NCBI GenBank assembly: GCA_963705255.1
Contig: OY970061.1
Span: 352,001-416,000 of the forward strand
Source of the DNA: an uncultured Methanoregulaceae archaeon
GTDB lineage: Archaea; Halobacteriota; Methanomicrobia; Methanomicrobiales; Methanospirillaceae
Direction: 5' to 3'
DNA: 64,000 bases
The position numbers and the translations under genes are program-made. Shown piece after piece: positions 53,328 through 64,000 of this stretch. The notes under the pieces were generated by a model. That model was not told the origin of the DNA, ran no database searches, and saw only the letters and a program-made list of their open reading frames with translations. The first letter of the stretch is position 1. The number at the start of each line of letters is the position of its first letter.

Positions 53328-54504
53328 GATGCGGGATGGGGATCGAAGCCCGCCAGGTCAACGAGCTCTTCATCAATATCGACCCGATCCAGGCCGGGGG
53401 AAGCTCACAGCCGATGCAATGAAGGCGGTCATCGCGTACGGGGATGGCTACTCGGTCTGCGACAACTGCCGCAAGCCCAACCGTCTCGATTATATCAGCA
53501 AGCCCCCGATCGCCGCTTTCCACAAGGACCTCGCGGACTGGCTCAATATGGACGCTGTCAGGACCGTGCCCGGGGCCCGGCGCGGGTTCCAGGCGGTAGC
53601 CCAGACGTATGTGGGTAAAGGTGATCCTGTCCTGCTCACTTCCCTCTCCCATTATACCGAGTTCCTCGCTGTGGAAGAGTCAGGAGGTATCGCCCGGGAG
53701 ATACCGGCTGATGAGCAGAAAATGATAACGGCCGACGCAGCCGCGGAGAAGATCGAAGACATCAGGAGGGAGACCGGCAAAGTTCCCGTTCTCGCCTTCA
53801 TCGACCACGTGGACTACCAGTACGGCAACATGCACGACATCCGGGCGATTGCGAAGGTAACACAACAGTATGATATTCCGATCCTGTACAACGGTGCCTA
53901 TACGGTTGGTATCCTGCCTGTCGATGGGAAAACCATCGGTGTTGACTTTGTTGTGGGGTCCGGGCACAAGAGCATGGCGGCACCGGCCCCGTCCGGGGTG
54001 CTGGCAGCGACCGCGGAGCGGGCAGCAGAAGTCTTCCGGACCACGTCAATTGTCGGGGACGTGACCAATCGGAAATTCGGGATCAAGGAGCCCGAGATGC
54101 TGGGCTGCACACTGATGGGGGCGACACTTGTCGGCATGATGGCCTCGTTCCCCCACGTAAAAGAACGGGTAAAGCATTTCGACCGCGAACTGGAGAACAA
54201 CCGGCGGGTGGTCGATGCGCTCCTCTCCATCGGGGGGACGCAGCTCCTCTCGGAATACCCGCGAAAACACACCATGACCCGGGTCGACACTACCGGATCT
54301 TTCGATACTGTCGCAGAAACGCACAAAAAACGCGGATATTATCTCTCATCTGCCCTCGAGGAAAAGGGGATCACCGGTGTCATCCCCGGCGCGACAAAAG
54401 TCTGGAAGTTCAACACGTACGGCACGACCCGGGTGCAGGCCGGGTATCTCGCGGATGCCTTCACCGCAATCGCGCGGGAGAACGGGCTATCAGTAAAGGA
54501 ATAA
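53324..54504 (+). CDS. pscS: Sep-tRNA:Cys-tRNA synthase (frameshift in G-run 53396-53400)
   Basis: INIDPIQAGG(K)L, DGYSVCD.C, GAR.GF, GSGHKS (PLP lysine) and EMLGCT motifs. Confidence 0.95.
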
Positions 54505-54613
54505 TTACTCTTTTAACCGGATATTTTTCAGGAATGTCCGATAGTGTCTTAAGATTTCATCCTTTGGTATTGGGTATCGCATTTGAATTTCAGATAAAAA
54601 TAGTAGAGATAAT

Positions 54614-54962
54614 GGCTTTGGAGAAATCATCGGTATTCGTTATAGACGCTCTTGGGGGAGCCTGCTGTTTCCGATGGGAAGGGCTGGAGAAGAACCGGCA
54701 GGTTCTTCGATCTCCGAAGAGGTCCATTAGGACCTTGAGGATAAGAAGAACTCGTCAGAGTTCTTCGTTTAAGTCGAAGGTCGGCTCACGCCTCCCTTCT
54801 TCTCGTCGAGGTTTTGAGAAACTTCTCCGATTTCCGAAGAGGTTCTTCAGGACCACGAGGATAAGGAGAACTCATCAGAGTTCTTCGACATGAGAGAGGG
54901 GGTCTCCTCATGAATACCTGAATTATACGTAATTTATTTGAAAATAGGATTTCTCCAGAGTC
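54614..54962 (+). mobile_element. Complete MITE (A end + hairpin cargo + C end), 349 bp
   Basis: TIRs ggctttggagaaatc / gatttctccagagtc; flanks gagataat / aagatatt (6/8); closely similar to 59785-60082. Confidence 0.9.
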
Positions 54963-55052
54963 AAGATATTTTCATCTTATGATGATGAGCTCAGATCCCG
55001 TGACATACGATTTTTTTAAAAAGGTTTTCCGGATAGGTCCGGAAGATTAGGT

Positions 55053-56255
<1,203 letters not shown>

Positions 56256-56559
56256 GTGTCTTCCCTCTTCCCGTTCAGTATGCTGATTCCTGCACCTCTC
56301 GTCACCACACGGAGAAGATGCGGGTAAAACATTTCTACAATTCCCGGAATTTTTGTACGACGGGATACTACATAAAATGGAAGGAAAGTGTGTTCTTTAG
56401 TACTTGAATTTTTCATTTTTCAAGAAATAGACATCCAACCAATCATCCGGCTGATCGGGAAGCATATACCTTCAGGTAATTTCATAACCTGTGGTGCCCT
56501 ACGGTTCGATTATCCGGACTGGATGACATACCCGCTCTTTATGGAGTAATGATGCTGCA

Positions 56560-58039
56560 ATGCTGGAAAAAATTGACCTGACGAAGACTGTGAGCGATAA
56601 AGAGTTCAATGAGGCTCTTCCCAAACTGAAAGCGCGACTGTCAGTTCTCCAGCGGACGCTTCGCGACAGGAAAATCCCGACGATTATCATTATTGACGGG
56701 TGGAATACCGCGGGAATTACCATGTCGACTCACTCAATTATCCAGTCACTCGACCCTCGCGGGTTCACCCTTCATGCCACAGGGAGGCCTACTGAAGAAG
56801 AGAAGGAGCGTCCGTTTATGTGGAGTTTCTGGATACAGACACCCGCCCGGGGCCGTATCGCGCTCTTCGCGCGGAGCTGGTACAGCAGGGCGATAACAAC
56901 AGAGATGCAGAAATCCGGCTGGAAAAAATCCCTGGAAGGCAAATCTGGTCCCATAAATAATTTTGAACGGACTCTGGCTGATAACGGCGCAGTCATCATC
57001 AAGTTCTTCCTGCACATCGACAAGGCGGAGCAGAAACGGCGACTGGAGGAGAGGGAACGCAACCCTCTCACGGCCTGGCTTGTTACCCCGCTTACCTGGA
57101 ACATCCACTATCATTATGAAGACTCGCTCCCGTATATCGACCAGTTCCTTGAGAAAACAGATACGCCATATGCTCCCTGGCACGTAATCGAAGCCACTGA
57201 TCGGAACTATGTGATCCTGAAAGTTTACTCGATACTGGTAAAAACCCTTGAAAAACGGACCGAATCCGTAAACGACTCCAAGTCGAAGAAAGAGAGACTG
57301 AGGGAACCCGTCCTCCCGAAAAAGAACCCGGTAAAGCGGATATGTGTTCCTGAAAATACCTGTACCAAAGAGGAATGCCAGCAGACGCTCAGCAATCTCC
57401 AGATCGAGATGCTCGAATTGCACTACCTCATTTTCAAACGGAAGATCCCGCTCATCATCATGTATGAAGGTCTGGGATGCAGCAGGAAAAGGCGGAAATA
57501 TCACGCGGATTGCCCGCTACATGAACCCGCTGGGCTATGATGTGATCCCCATTGCAGCACCGGACGAGACCGAGAAGGACCACCATTATCTCTGGAGATT
57601 CGTCCGGCACTATCCCCGAGCGGGGCATGTCGCCATCTATGACCGCAGCTGGTACGGGCGGGTGCTTGTCGAACGGGTCGAAGGTTTCTGCTCAACTGCC
57701 GAATGGCAGCAGGCCTACCACGAAATCAACGACATGGAAGCCGATTACGTACATTCCAGCGGGGGGGGCATCGTCAAGTTCTGGCTGGAGATCAGCAAGG
57801 AAGAGCAGCTCAGGCGCTTCCAGCAGCGGGCAAACGATCCTGAAAAGATCCACAAAATTACTGAAGAAGACTGGAGGAACCGGGAGAAGTGGGACCTGTA
57901 CGATGAAGCCATTGACGAGATGCTGGCACGGACGAACACGGAGATCGCCCCATGGACGGTCATCGAGTCCGATGACAAATGGTATGCCCGGGTCAAGGCA
58001 TTGACAACCGTCATCGACTGCGTGAAAAATCTTCTCTGA
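56560..58039 (+). CDS. ppk2: Two-domain PPK2 (polyphosphate:AMP phosphotransferase-like) (frameshift at 57471)
   Basis: Domain 1 DGWNTAG...RSWY; domain 2 EGWDAAGKGG...DRSWYGRVLVERVEG. Confidence 0.92.
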
Positions 58040-58169
58040 ATATCCGCCGGTCAAAAACCCTGGTGGAGTCCGTACTTTCCTGCATTCAGGATCACTTCCC
58101 GGAATTCCCCAGAAGTGATAATGGCGACGGAGGGACGCATCCGGAAAAATTCCGCCCACCCCTGTTGTG

Positions 58170-58370
58170 TGCCAGGCGGGGCTCTTTACCCAAACGGGGG
58201 CCGGAACTTGCGATAACCGGAAGGAGCCCGGTCCTGCAGAACCCTCTCCTGTCGCCGATGCGGTCGACCCTGTATTCAGGAGGGCAGACTGTGCAGCTTC
58301 TCAGCAGCGCGAATGCACGGTCAGCCCGCTCTTCGAATTCGCCGGATTCATAAAGGCAAGATATCCCGGT
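58170..58370 (-). pseudogene. Remnant of a PflX-like radical SAM gene
   Basis: LYESGEFEERA..A..LL.SCTVCP..RVDR....GFCRTG..PVIAS.GP..G.EP; one Cys replaced and the rest of the gene is absent. Confidence 0.6.
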
Positions 58371-58454
58371 TTTTCCATGTCGTTCACTGCAATCCGCTGC
58401 CGGAACAGGATAAACAAAATCGTAGAGCATTTCCGGTCAGGGTAGGGGTTTATG

Positions 58455-59672
58455 CTATCCTGTCGGTGTGATCACGCCGTTCTGTGCTTTTACGAACCGT
58501 ACAGACTCACAGGTTTGTTCGGTAATCCTGTCAACCTTCATGGCCTGCTCGCACTCCAGGATCTCTTCTAATATGGCAGCTGTCGCCGGCATCCGGGGGA
58601 CTGCACGGCAGGCAAGATCACCCGGGTGGGGATCAAAAGTCCCGATCCTGCGGGCAAGCCCGATCGTCTCTTCCTTGTCATAGGTAATAAGGGGACGGAG
58701 GACCGGTACGGCGACCGCCTGGGAGATCACGGACAGGTTGGCAAGGGTCTGGGATGCGACCTGCCCGAGGTTCTCTCCGGTGACTATTGCCCGGGCCCCT
58801 TCCTTCTGCATCATGTATGCCGCGACCCGGTGCATGAACCGTTTGCAGATTACACAGCGGTAGCGTGCGGGAGTCCGGAGCCGCTGCATCTCGTCAAAGA
58901 GCGGTTCGCTGTCGGCAATTATCATCGAAAGTTCGTAACCGGGACACCAGAGGGAGAGTCTGCGGTGGTTCTCGGTTGCAGCAGGGGTGACGTCACAACC
59001 CGCCCACCGCCCGGCATCAAGGTACAGGTGGGTGATCTCGCACCCCCTTTTCATCGCAAGCCACGAGGCGACCGGGGAGTCAATACCCGCAGACAGGAGT
59101 ACCAGGACCCGGCCCTGCGTACCCAATGGCAGCCCCCCGGGGGCTTTGATCCGGGAATCATAAACCAGCCCGCCAACATCACGGACTTCCACAAAGATCT
59201 CATACTCCGGGCAGTTCAGGTCGACCCTGAGGCCGGGGACCCGGTCATAGATAGCAGAACCGATCAGGGTTCCCAGTTCCTGGCTGGTCAGCCCCGTTTT
59301 CAGCTGGCGTTTGGCCCTGACGGCAAAACTCATGCCAGCTGACAACTGTTTAGAAGCGAGTGTTACTGCCGCAGCAGTGAGGTCTTCAGGACTGCTGCCT
59401 GTCCGGGTGCAGATGCTGACATCGACGACCCCGAATACGCGTGCAACGATCCCTGCAATTTTTTCCGGCTGGTCACCGAAGATGAGTATGCGGCCGCGGG
59501 GGGTCTCGTAATGGGCAGAGAGCCCGTGGGCGGAAAGTGCATGACGAATGTTGCGGAGGAGCATGCCGATAAAGTGGTATTTGACCGGTTCGCTTTTGAG
59601 GAACAGCTCCCCATACCTCACCATAACCGGGTTTTTTACGCCCCCCGCGCCGCAATTATCAGCTGCTGCCAT
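58455..59672 (-). CDS. thiI: tRNA sulfurtransferase ThiI
   Basis: VRYGELFLKS, THUMP domain, GGLPLG.QG, SAGIDSPVA, CVICK and GQVASQT motifs. Confidence 0.95.
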   Translation of the reverse strand: MAAADNCGAGGVKNPVMVRYGELFLKSEPVKYHFIGMLLRNIRHALSAHGLSAHYETPRGRILIFGDQPEKIAGIVARVFGVVDVSICTRTGSSPEDLTAAAVTLASKQLSAGMSFAVRAKRQLKTGLTSQELGTLIGSAIYDRVPGLRVDLNCPEYEIFVEVRDVGGLVYDSRIKAPGGLPLGTQGRVLVLLSAGIDSPVASWLAMKRGCEITHLYLDAGRWAGCDVTPAATENHRRLSLWCPGYELSMIIADSEPLFDEMQRLRTPARYRCVICKRFMHRVAAYMMQKEGARAIVTGENLGQVASQTLANLSVISQAVAVPVLRPLITYDKEETIGLARRIGTFDPHPGDLACRAVPRMPATAAILEEILECEQAMKVDRITEQTCESVRFVKAQNGVITPTG

Positions 59673-59784
59673 GTTCTCTGTAGTATATAAAAGTCAAGGG
59701 AGATAACCATTGGCGGCAGTCCCGGTCGGAGGAAACCGGGACAGGTTCTTCCGGGTTCTTATTCCACAGTATAGTGCAGACAAC

Positions 59785-60082
59785 GGCTTTGTAAAAATCA
59801 TCGATATTCGTTGTGGACGCTCATAGGGGAGACTGCTCTTTCCCGAAGGGAAGAGCAGGCTGGAGAAGAACCCGGTGGGTTCTTCGTTTAGATCGAAGGT
59901 CGGCTCACGCCTCCCTTCTTCTCATCGAGGTTTTGAGAAACCTTTCCGATTTCCGAAGAGGTTCTTCAGGACCTTGAGGATAAGAAGAACTCATCAGAGT
60001 TCTTCAACCTGAGAGAGACGATCACTCTCATAAACGGTGAATATGAGCGAATCACACGATAAAATAGGATTTCTCCAGAGCC
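59785..60082 (+). mobile_element. Complete MITE (A end + hairpin cargo + C end), 298 bp, perfect 8-bp target duplication
   Basis: TIRs ggctttgtaaaaatc / gatttctccagagcc; cagacaac at 59777-59784 and 60083-60090. Confidence 0.93.
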
Positions 60083-60127
60083 CAGACAACAAAATCCTTT
60101 AATCACGAGAGGGAATAGTGTACTGAA

Positions 60128-60762
60128 ATGGCGAAAAAGGCGAGCAAAAAAACCGAAGAGGAACCGCTCAGGTTATTCTATATCTTTTACAACCAGGAGC
60201 GCTGGGACAACTGGCTGAAAACACTTCAGGAATCAAGTTTCGAGATCGACCCGAAGAGCGAGGAACTCCCGGAGGGGTTCCGGGTGCTGGACAGTTTCTC
60301 TGTTGATATCACCCTTGAGGTTCTGAAGATCATCAGACTCTACCAGAACAAGCGCTTCGGCCGGGAAGAGACTCTGGACAAGCTCTCTCAGGTGGAAGCG
60401 ATTGTCATGTCGGACCGCGCCGGAAGGCGATCTTGAAGAGATCGTCGAGATCCTCCAGCTCCCGAAGCTCGCGCTCTTTGCCGGGAGCCGGAAGGTACCT
60501 TGAGGGAGGTTTCGACAAGGATATCAAGACCCTCGTGAAAAAGGGACGGGATCAGATAGGAAAAGATATGGAAGCCGCACTTGAATCGGCAGCAAGCATC
60601 GGAGCAAGTGTTATTGACGGTGCAGCCTGCTGCGGGAAGTACGTGAAGGATGACCTCGAGAACCCGACGCTCTTTGACGAGTGGCTCATCGAATGCGAGC
60701 GCATGAGCGAGGCAATGACCTCCCTGAAGAACTTCGATGAGTCGACGGGAGAAGACGATTGA
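60128..60762 (+). CDS. DUF2150-like archaeal protein (two +1 indels near 60415 and 60494)
   Basis: FYNQERW.NW; repaired frame reads SDAPEGDLEEIVEILQLPKLALFAGSRKYLEGG, then IGASVIDG. Confidence 0.8.
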
Positions 60763-61211
60763 TTGCTGACCGGGCACGGTTCCGTCACGCAAAAAAACTT
60801 GAACGCCTCGCCGGCTATCGTCTTCCCGAGCTTGCGTTCTCGGGAAACATGCTTGAGACCCTCTGCTCGCGGCTCAATTACGATGCGCTTGACTTCGCGG
60901 TGAGGGAGCAGATCCTTGCTTTTTTCAATGATTTCCTGCGCTGCGACTGCAGGGAATCCCCGCTCTGCGGCTGTCCCGAGAAAAAATTTGCCCGGAAGGT
61001 GATCGAGCTCCGCGAGAACGGGCTGGATCACCGGCAGATCGCGGCGTTTCTGCTGGATGAATATGGTATCGAAGTATTTCCTGCAGATATCCTTTCGTTT
61101 CTTGAAGAGTCCGTGCATGTGCTTGAGGCCATCTCAGATGTGGCCCGGCTGCAGGGCATGGACGGGCTGGCGAAAAAGACCGATGATACCATTCGCCTGA
61201 TCGAACGGTAA
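60759..61211 (+). CDS. DUF5814-like protein (resembles an archaeal helicase C-terminal domain)
   Basis: DFL.CDC...P.CGCP and YGI..FP.DI..FLE motifs; TTG start overlaps the upstream stop. Confidence 0.75.
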   Translation: MIADRARFRHAKKLERLAGYRLPELAFSGNMLETLCSRLNYDALDFAVREQILAFFNDFLRCDCRESPLCGCPEKKFARKVIELRENGLDHRQIAAFLLDEYGIEVFPADILSFLEESVHVLEAISDVARLQGMDGLAKKTDDTIRLIER

Positions 61212-62058
61212 TGGGTCCCCCTGGCGAACGCAGGACATTTTCTCCACACACAACTCACCGGTTTTCCGCTGTCCAGGGTTATTTTTGCATGGCACCGGGG
61301 ACAACCTCCTCACCGCATGCCGGGATCGCTGGAGAGACAAAAGGCGGCTTCCCATGTACGTCCATGCATGACTGCACGGTGGCAGGTCCTCGTGTACTGG
61401 TATTCCATAATCGCACAACGGCAATTCGTTGACAGTAAGAGCGTCCGGAAAGGGTGTGAAAGTGAAGGCACCAGATCCCCAGGCCTCGCTAAGAGTATAT
61501 ATTGTCCCATCCGGTGCCGCAGGATTATCACGGTGAATTCACTCCTTTTTCCTCCCGCCCCCAGTCCCTTGTGAGGATTGCTCATCCCCCTTCAACGTTC
61601 AGCTCGATCCGGTTTTTGAGCGCCCGGGCATGCAGGGCGTGATCAGTTTTCCGGTCATCACATGGAGAGATCTTTTGCCATCTTCAGGATCAGTTTCACA
61701 GGTAGCGATGAAGTCGGCATAGTTGGTAAGCGCGGTGACAAGCAGATCCGGCAGGGTATCGATGAGTGTTCTCTCCGGCTTTCGGCCCTTTTTGACAGAG
61801 AAACTTTTTTTGCTATCCTTGTTGCTGTGCCATATATGAAAAATGGAAATACCAGACAATGATAGTTTCAAGATCCCGCGGGCCTGTCTCGCACGCGTTA
61901 CCGTCTCACGAAAAAAAAATGTGCCTGTAAACTTCTCATGGTTGTTTCCGTCCCGTTTCCATTTACTGGATTATCTGAACGAAAAGATGTCGGATCTTGT
62001 TTTCCCGGCCGGGAGATCCCTACCGACAGTTCCTTACACGACCCGCGAATTTGCATGA

Positions 62059-63534
62059 CTAGCGGAAGTGCCGTTTATAATAATCCACGAGCGCCTTGTC
62101 CGCGATCTGGCGGGTCTCGGCATCGACCCGGATAAAAAAGTATTCCTCGTCCTGGACACGCACAAAAACCCCTTCACCGGACTTTTTTATCTCCAGCCAG
62201 CAGAGCGTCGTATCCTGAATTTTCGGGAACTGTATCCGGATGAATTCATTCATGTTATGAAAAATTTCCGGCGGAAGGTATTTTCGTATGACTTCGTCGA
62301 CGATCATCCTGCGGTAACCGTCCGTTGTCGGGTCCTTCAGGTTCGAATACTCGGCTTCTATCCCGGCGATCTCGTTTCTCATGCCCTTTTTGTTCTCCTT
62401 TATGCCGATGATGAGGTTCCCTCCTTCGGTATTGAGGAAACCCGCAAGGGTTTTGGCAACGATGAATTTGGACGTATCCCTGCCGAACTTGTGTACTTCC
62501 CGAGACTCACTGGCTGAGATATCCGCTTTTGTAAAAGATTTGCTCCAGAGCGTGCTCGTCTTGTATTCAACGAGCTCGTTCTCGCCTTCCGTGACGAGAC
62601 GGTGAAACTCTTCACTCCCCGGGGAACCGTTATTTTCCGGCAGTCCGTCACGGGCGATGCCTGGGGATCGAATCGTTTTACCCTGTTTTTCATCGTCAGT
62701 GAGGATCGTCCGGAAACGCGAGTACGCCTTCGCAAAATCCTCATTATCCGGTTCAAGTTTCACCGCCTCCCGGTATTCATGGAAAGCATCAACGAGCAGG
62801 CCTTTGATGACAAAAGCATCTGCCAGTTTTTTGTGGACTTCTGCATCTTCCGGATCGAGTCGCAGGGCAGCCCGGTATTCCGATATCGCTTCGTCGGCAA
62901 AATTGGAGATAAAATAGATATCTGCCAGTTTCCAGTGAAATGAGGGATTTTTCGGGTAGATGCGCAGTGCTTCGCGGTAATTTTCCACAGCCTCGTTCAG
63001 CAATCCCTTCTCAAAAAAGATCTGGCCGAGGATACTGTACGGGTGTGCGCGGGACAGCGTAAATGCATCATCGTTCCGGGCTGATGGTTCAAGGCCGGCA
63101 AAAATTTCGGCGCACTGCCGGAAGAATTCCTGTGTTTCGGAAAATGACCGTTTTTTCTGGAAGATGGAGAGGATCTGTTCCGAGAAATGGTACAACATTC
63201 CTGGTTCCCTCCGGATTGCCTCGTACAGAATCGGTACTGCCTCACAAAACCGGTCCTGTTCCATCAGGACGAGCGCCAGCCAGTACCTTGAATTGCCATC
63301 GAGCGGATTTTTTTTGATCGCACAGGAAAATTCTTCGATTGCCTCGGCATGCAGTTTTTTTCCAAGCAGGGAACGCCCAAGGTAATGATGAATGCCGGTG
63401 GTTTCCGGGTCCAGATCGAAGACTTCCCTGAACTTCTGGATTGCCTCATCGGTCCTCCCTGTTCTGGAGACAGAGGAGCCCTTCGTCAAATCTGGATTGA
63501 ATGGTATCCGGCATTGTGTAATCCTCTCAGGCAA
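62059..63534 (-). CDS. TPR-repeat protein fused to a Schlafen/AlbA_2 domain
   Basis: About 7 TPR-like repeats (EAIxxxREAL.L.P), then GENELVEYK, FLNTEGG.LIIGI and FFIRV...TR. Confidence 0.88.
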   Translation of the reverse strand: MPERITQCRIPFNPDLTKGSSVSRTGRTDEAIQKFREVFDLDPETTGIHHYLGRSLLGKKLHAEAIEEFSCAIKKNPLDGNSRYWLALVLMEQDRFCEAVPILYEAIRREPGMLYHFSEQILSIFQKKRSFSETQEFFRQCAEIFAGLEPSARNDDAFTLSRAHPYSILGQIFFEKGLLNEAVENYREALRIYPKNPSFHWKLADIYFISNFADEAISEYRAALRLDPEDAEVHKKLADAFVIKGLLVDAFHEYREAVKLEPDNEDFAKAYSRFRTILTDDEKQGKTIRSPGIARDGLPENNGSPGSEEFHRLVTEGENELVEYKTSTLWSKSFTKADISASESREVHKFGRDTSKFIVAKTLAGFLNTEGGNLIIGIKENKKGMRNEIAGIEAEYSNLKDPTTDGYRRMIVDEVIRKYLPPEIFHNMNEFIRIQFPKIQDTTLCWLEIKKSGEGVFVRVQDEEYFFIRVDAETRQIADKALVDYYKRHFR

Positions 63535-63750
63535 TCCTCTACTCCCGGACCCGCGGGCCGACCGGAAAACGTGCGTTCGAATCAGTTACAGGGTAAATTC
63601 CTGTCAGGTGCGCATGCAACCCGTTCTCCTGACATTTCATTACGATGCCAATCTATTAGAAATGTATCGGCAGAAGCGCCGGAGAAGAATAAAGGACAGG
63701 TACGCCCGTTACGAGCCGGGATCAGGAAAAAAATTCCGGGAGCCGTAGAA

Positions 63751-63824
63751 CGGGGAGCTCTCTTACCTGAATGACTTTCATGGTTCCTGGATGAATTCTT
63801 ATTCATGTCTGGTTCTCCAGAGCC
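63751..63824 (-). mobile_element. MITE fragment (B-type end)
   Basis: Reverse strand ggctctggagaaccagacatgaa...ggaaccatgaaagtcattcaggtaagagagctccccg matches 16205-16281. Confidence 0.8.
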
Positions 63825-63893
63825 ACAAGAACATCAGCTCCCGGAGAAAATGAAGTGCCTGAATTTGCACGTGGTGCTTCCGCGCCCGGAACC

Positions 63894-63998
63894 TCACATC
63901 CACAGTCCCAGCAGCCGGAACGCGATCCCGCCAAGCCCGATAGCCAGTACGATCTCGGTGAAGGAGATCGCAAGCGACCGTTTCCACCCGAACTCCGA
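63894..63998 (-). CDS. C-terminus of a membrane protein, FeoB-like; truncated by the window edge
   Basis: Hand translation SEFGWKRSLAISFTEIVLAIGLGGIAFRLLGLWM*. Confidence 0.5.
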   Translation of the reverse strand, partial: SEFGWKRSLAISFTEIVLAIGLGGIAFRLLGLWM

Positions 63999-64000
63999 GG

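Noticed and set aside
53324-53420. pscS (and lon, lemA, aspA, ppk2) as true pseudogenes or programmed frameshifts
   Set aside because: Each is repaired by one base with no other decay, the contexts are homopolymers or recurrent motifs, and pscS is a core translation gene; assembly error is more likely.
54534-54893. 119-aa ORF as a transposase or MITE-encoded protein
   Set aside because: It is a translation of the hairpin repeats, has no catalytic motif and starts outside the TIR.
56256-56560. NrpR operator (GGAA-N6-TTCC) upstream of amtB
   Set aside because: Only imperfect matches were found (ggtaaaacatttct, ggaagcatatacc); there is no adjacent glnK.
61212-62058. Short ORFs next to the TPR-Schlafen gene as partner genes
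   Set aside because: No recognisable motifs or convincing RBS; 61599..61871 is possible but unsupported.

Overview
Chromosomal window from a methanogenic archaeon, most likely Methanomicrobiales (Methanoregula/Methanolinea-like). This is inferred from a thermosome subunit, two aIF-1A paralogues, Sep-tRNA:Cys-tRNA synthase, ThiI, DUF2150/DUF5814-like genes and many REC/PAS histidine kinases with the ITRHDIxN H-box. About 50 CDS are present; I saw no rRNA, tRNA, CRISPR array or autonomous transposase. Main observations: (1) a modular MITE family with GGCT(C/T)TGGAGAA terminal inverted repeats, 8-bp target duplications and interchangeable ends, in at least 8 full or partial copies; (2) a REP-like hairpin module (GGAGAAGA..TCTTCGAC) with compensatory base changes, found inside the MITEs, in free clusters and in an 8 x 59-bp tandem array; (3) a TPR-Schlafen/AlbA_2 fusion with an intact ExxxxExK motif; (4) three degenerate histidine kinases with complementary defects, one in a cheY-cheC-like operon; (5) a MarR-LonA pair sharing a palindromic operator; (6) an aIF-1A paralogue that appears to start at AUU. 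Ten genes carry 11 single-base indels that look like assembly errors; four are an extra G directly before GTAC, possibly a methylation footprint. All family assignments come from motif recognition by eye, not database searches.
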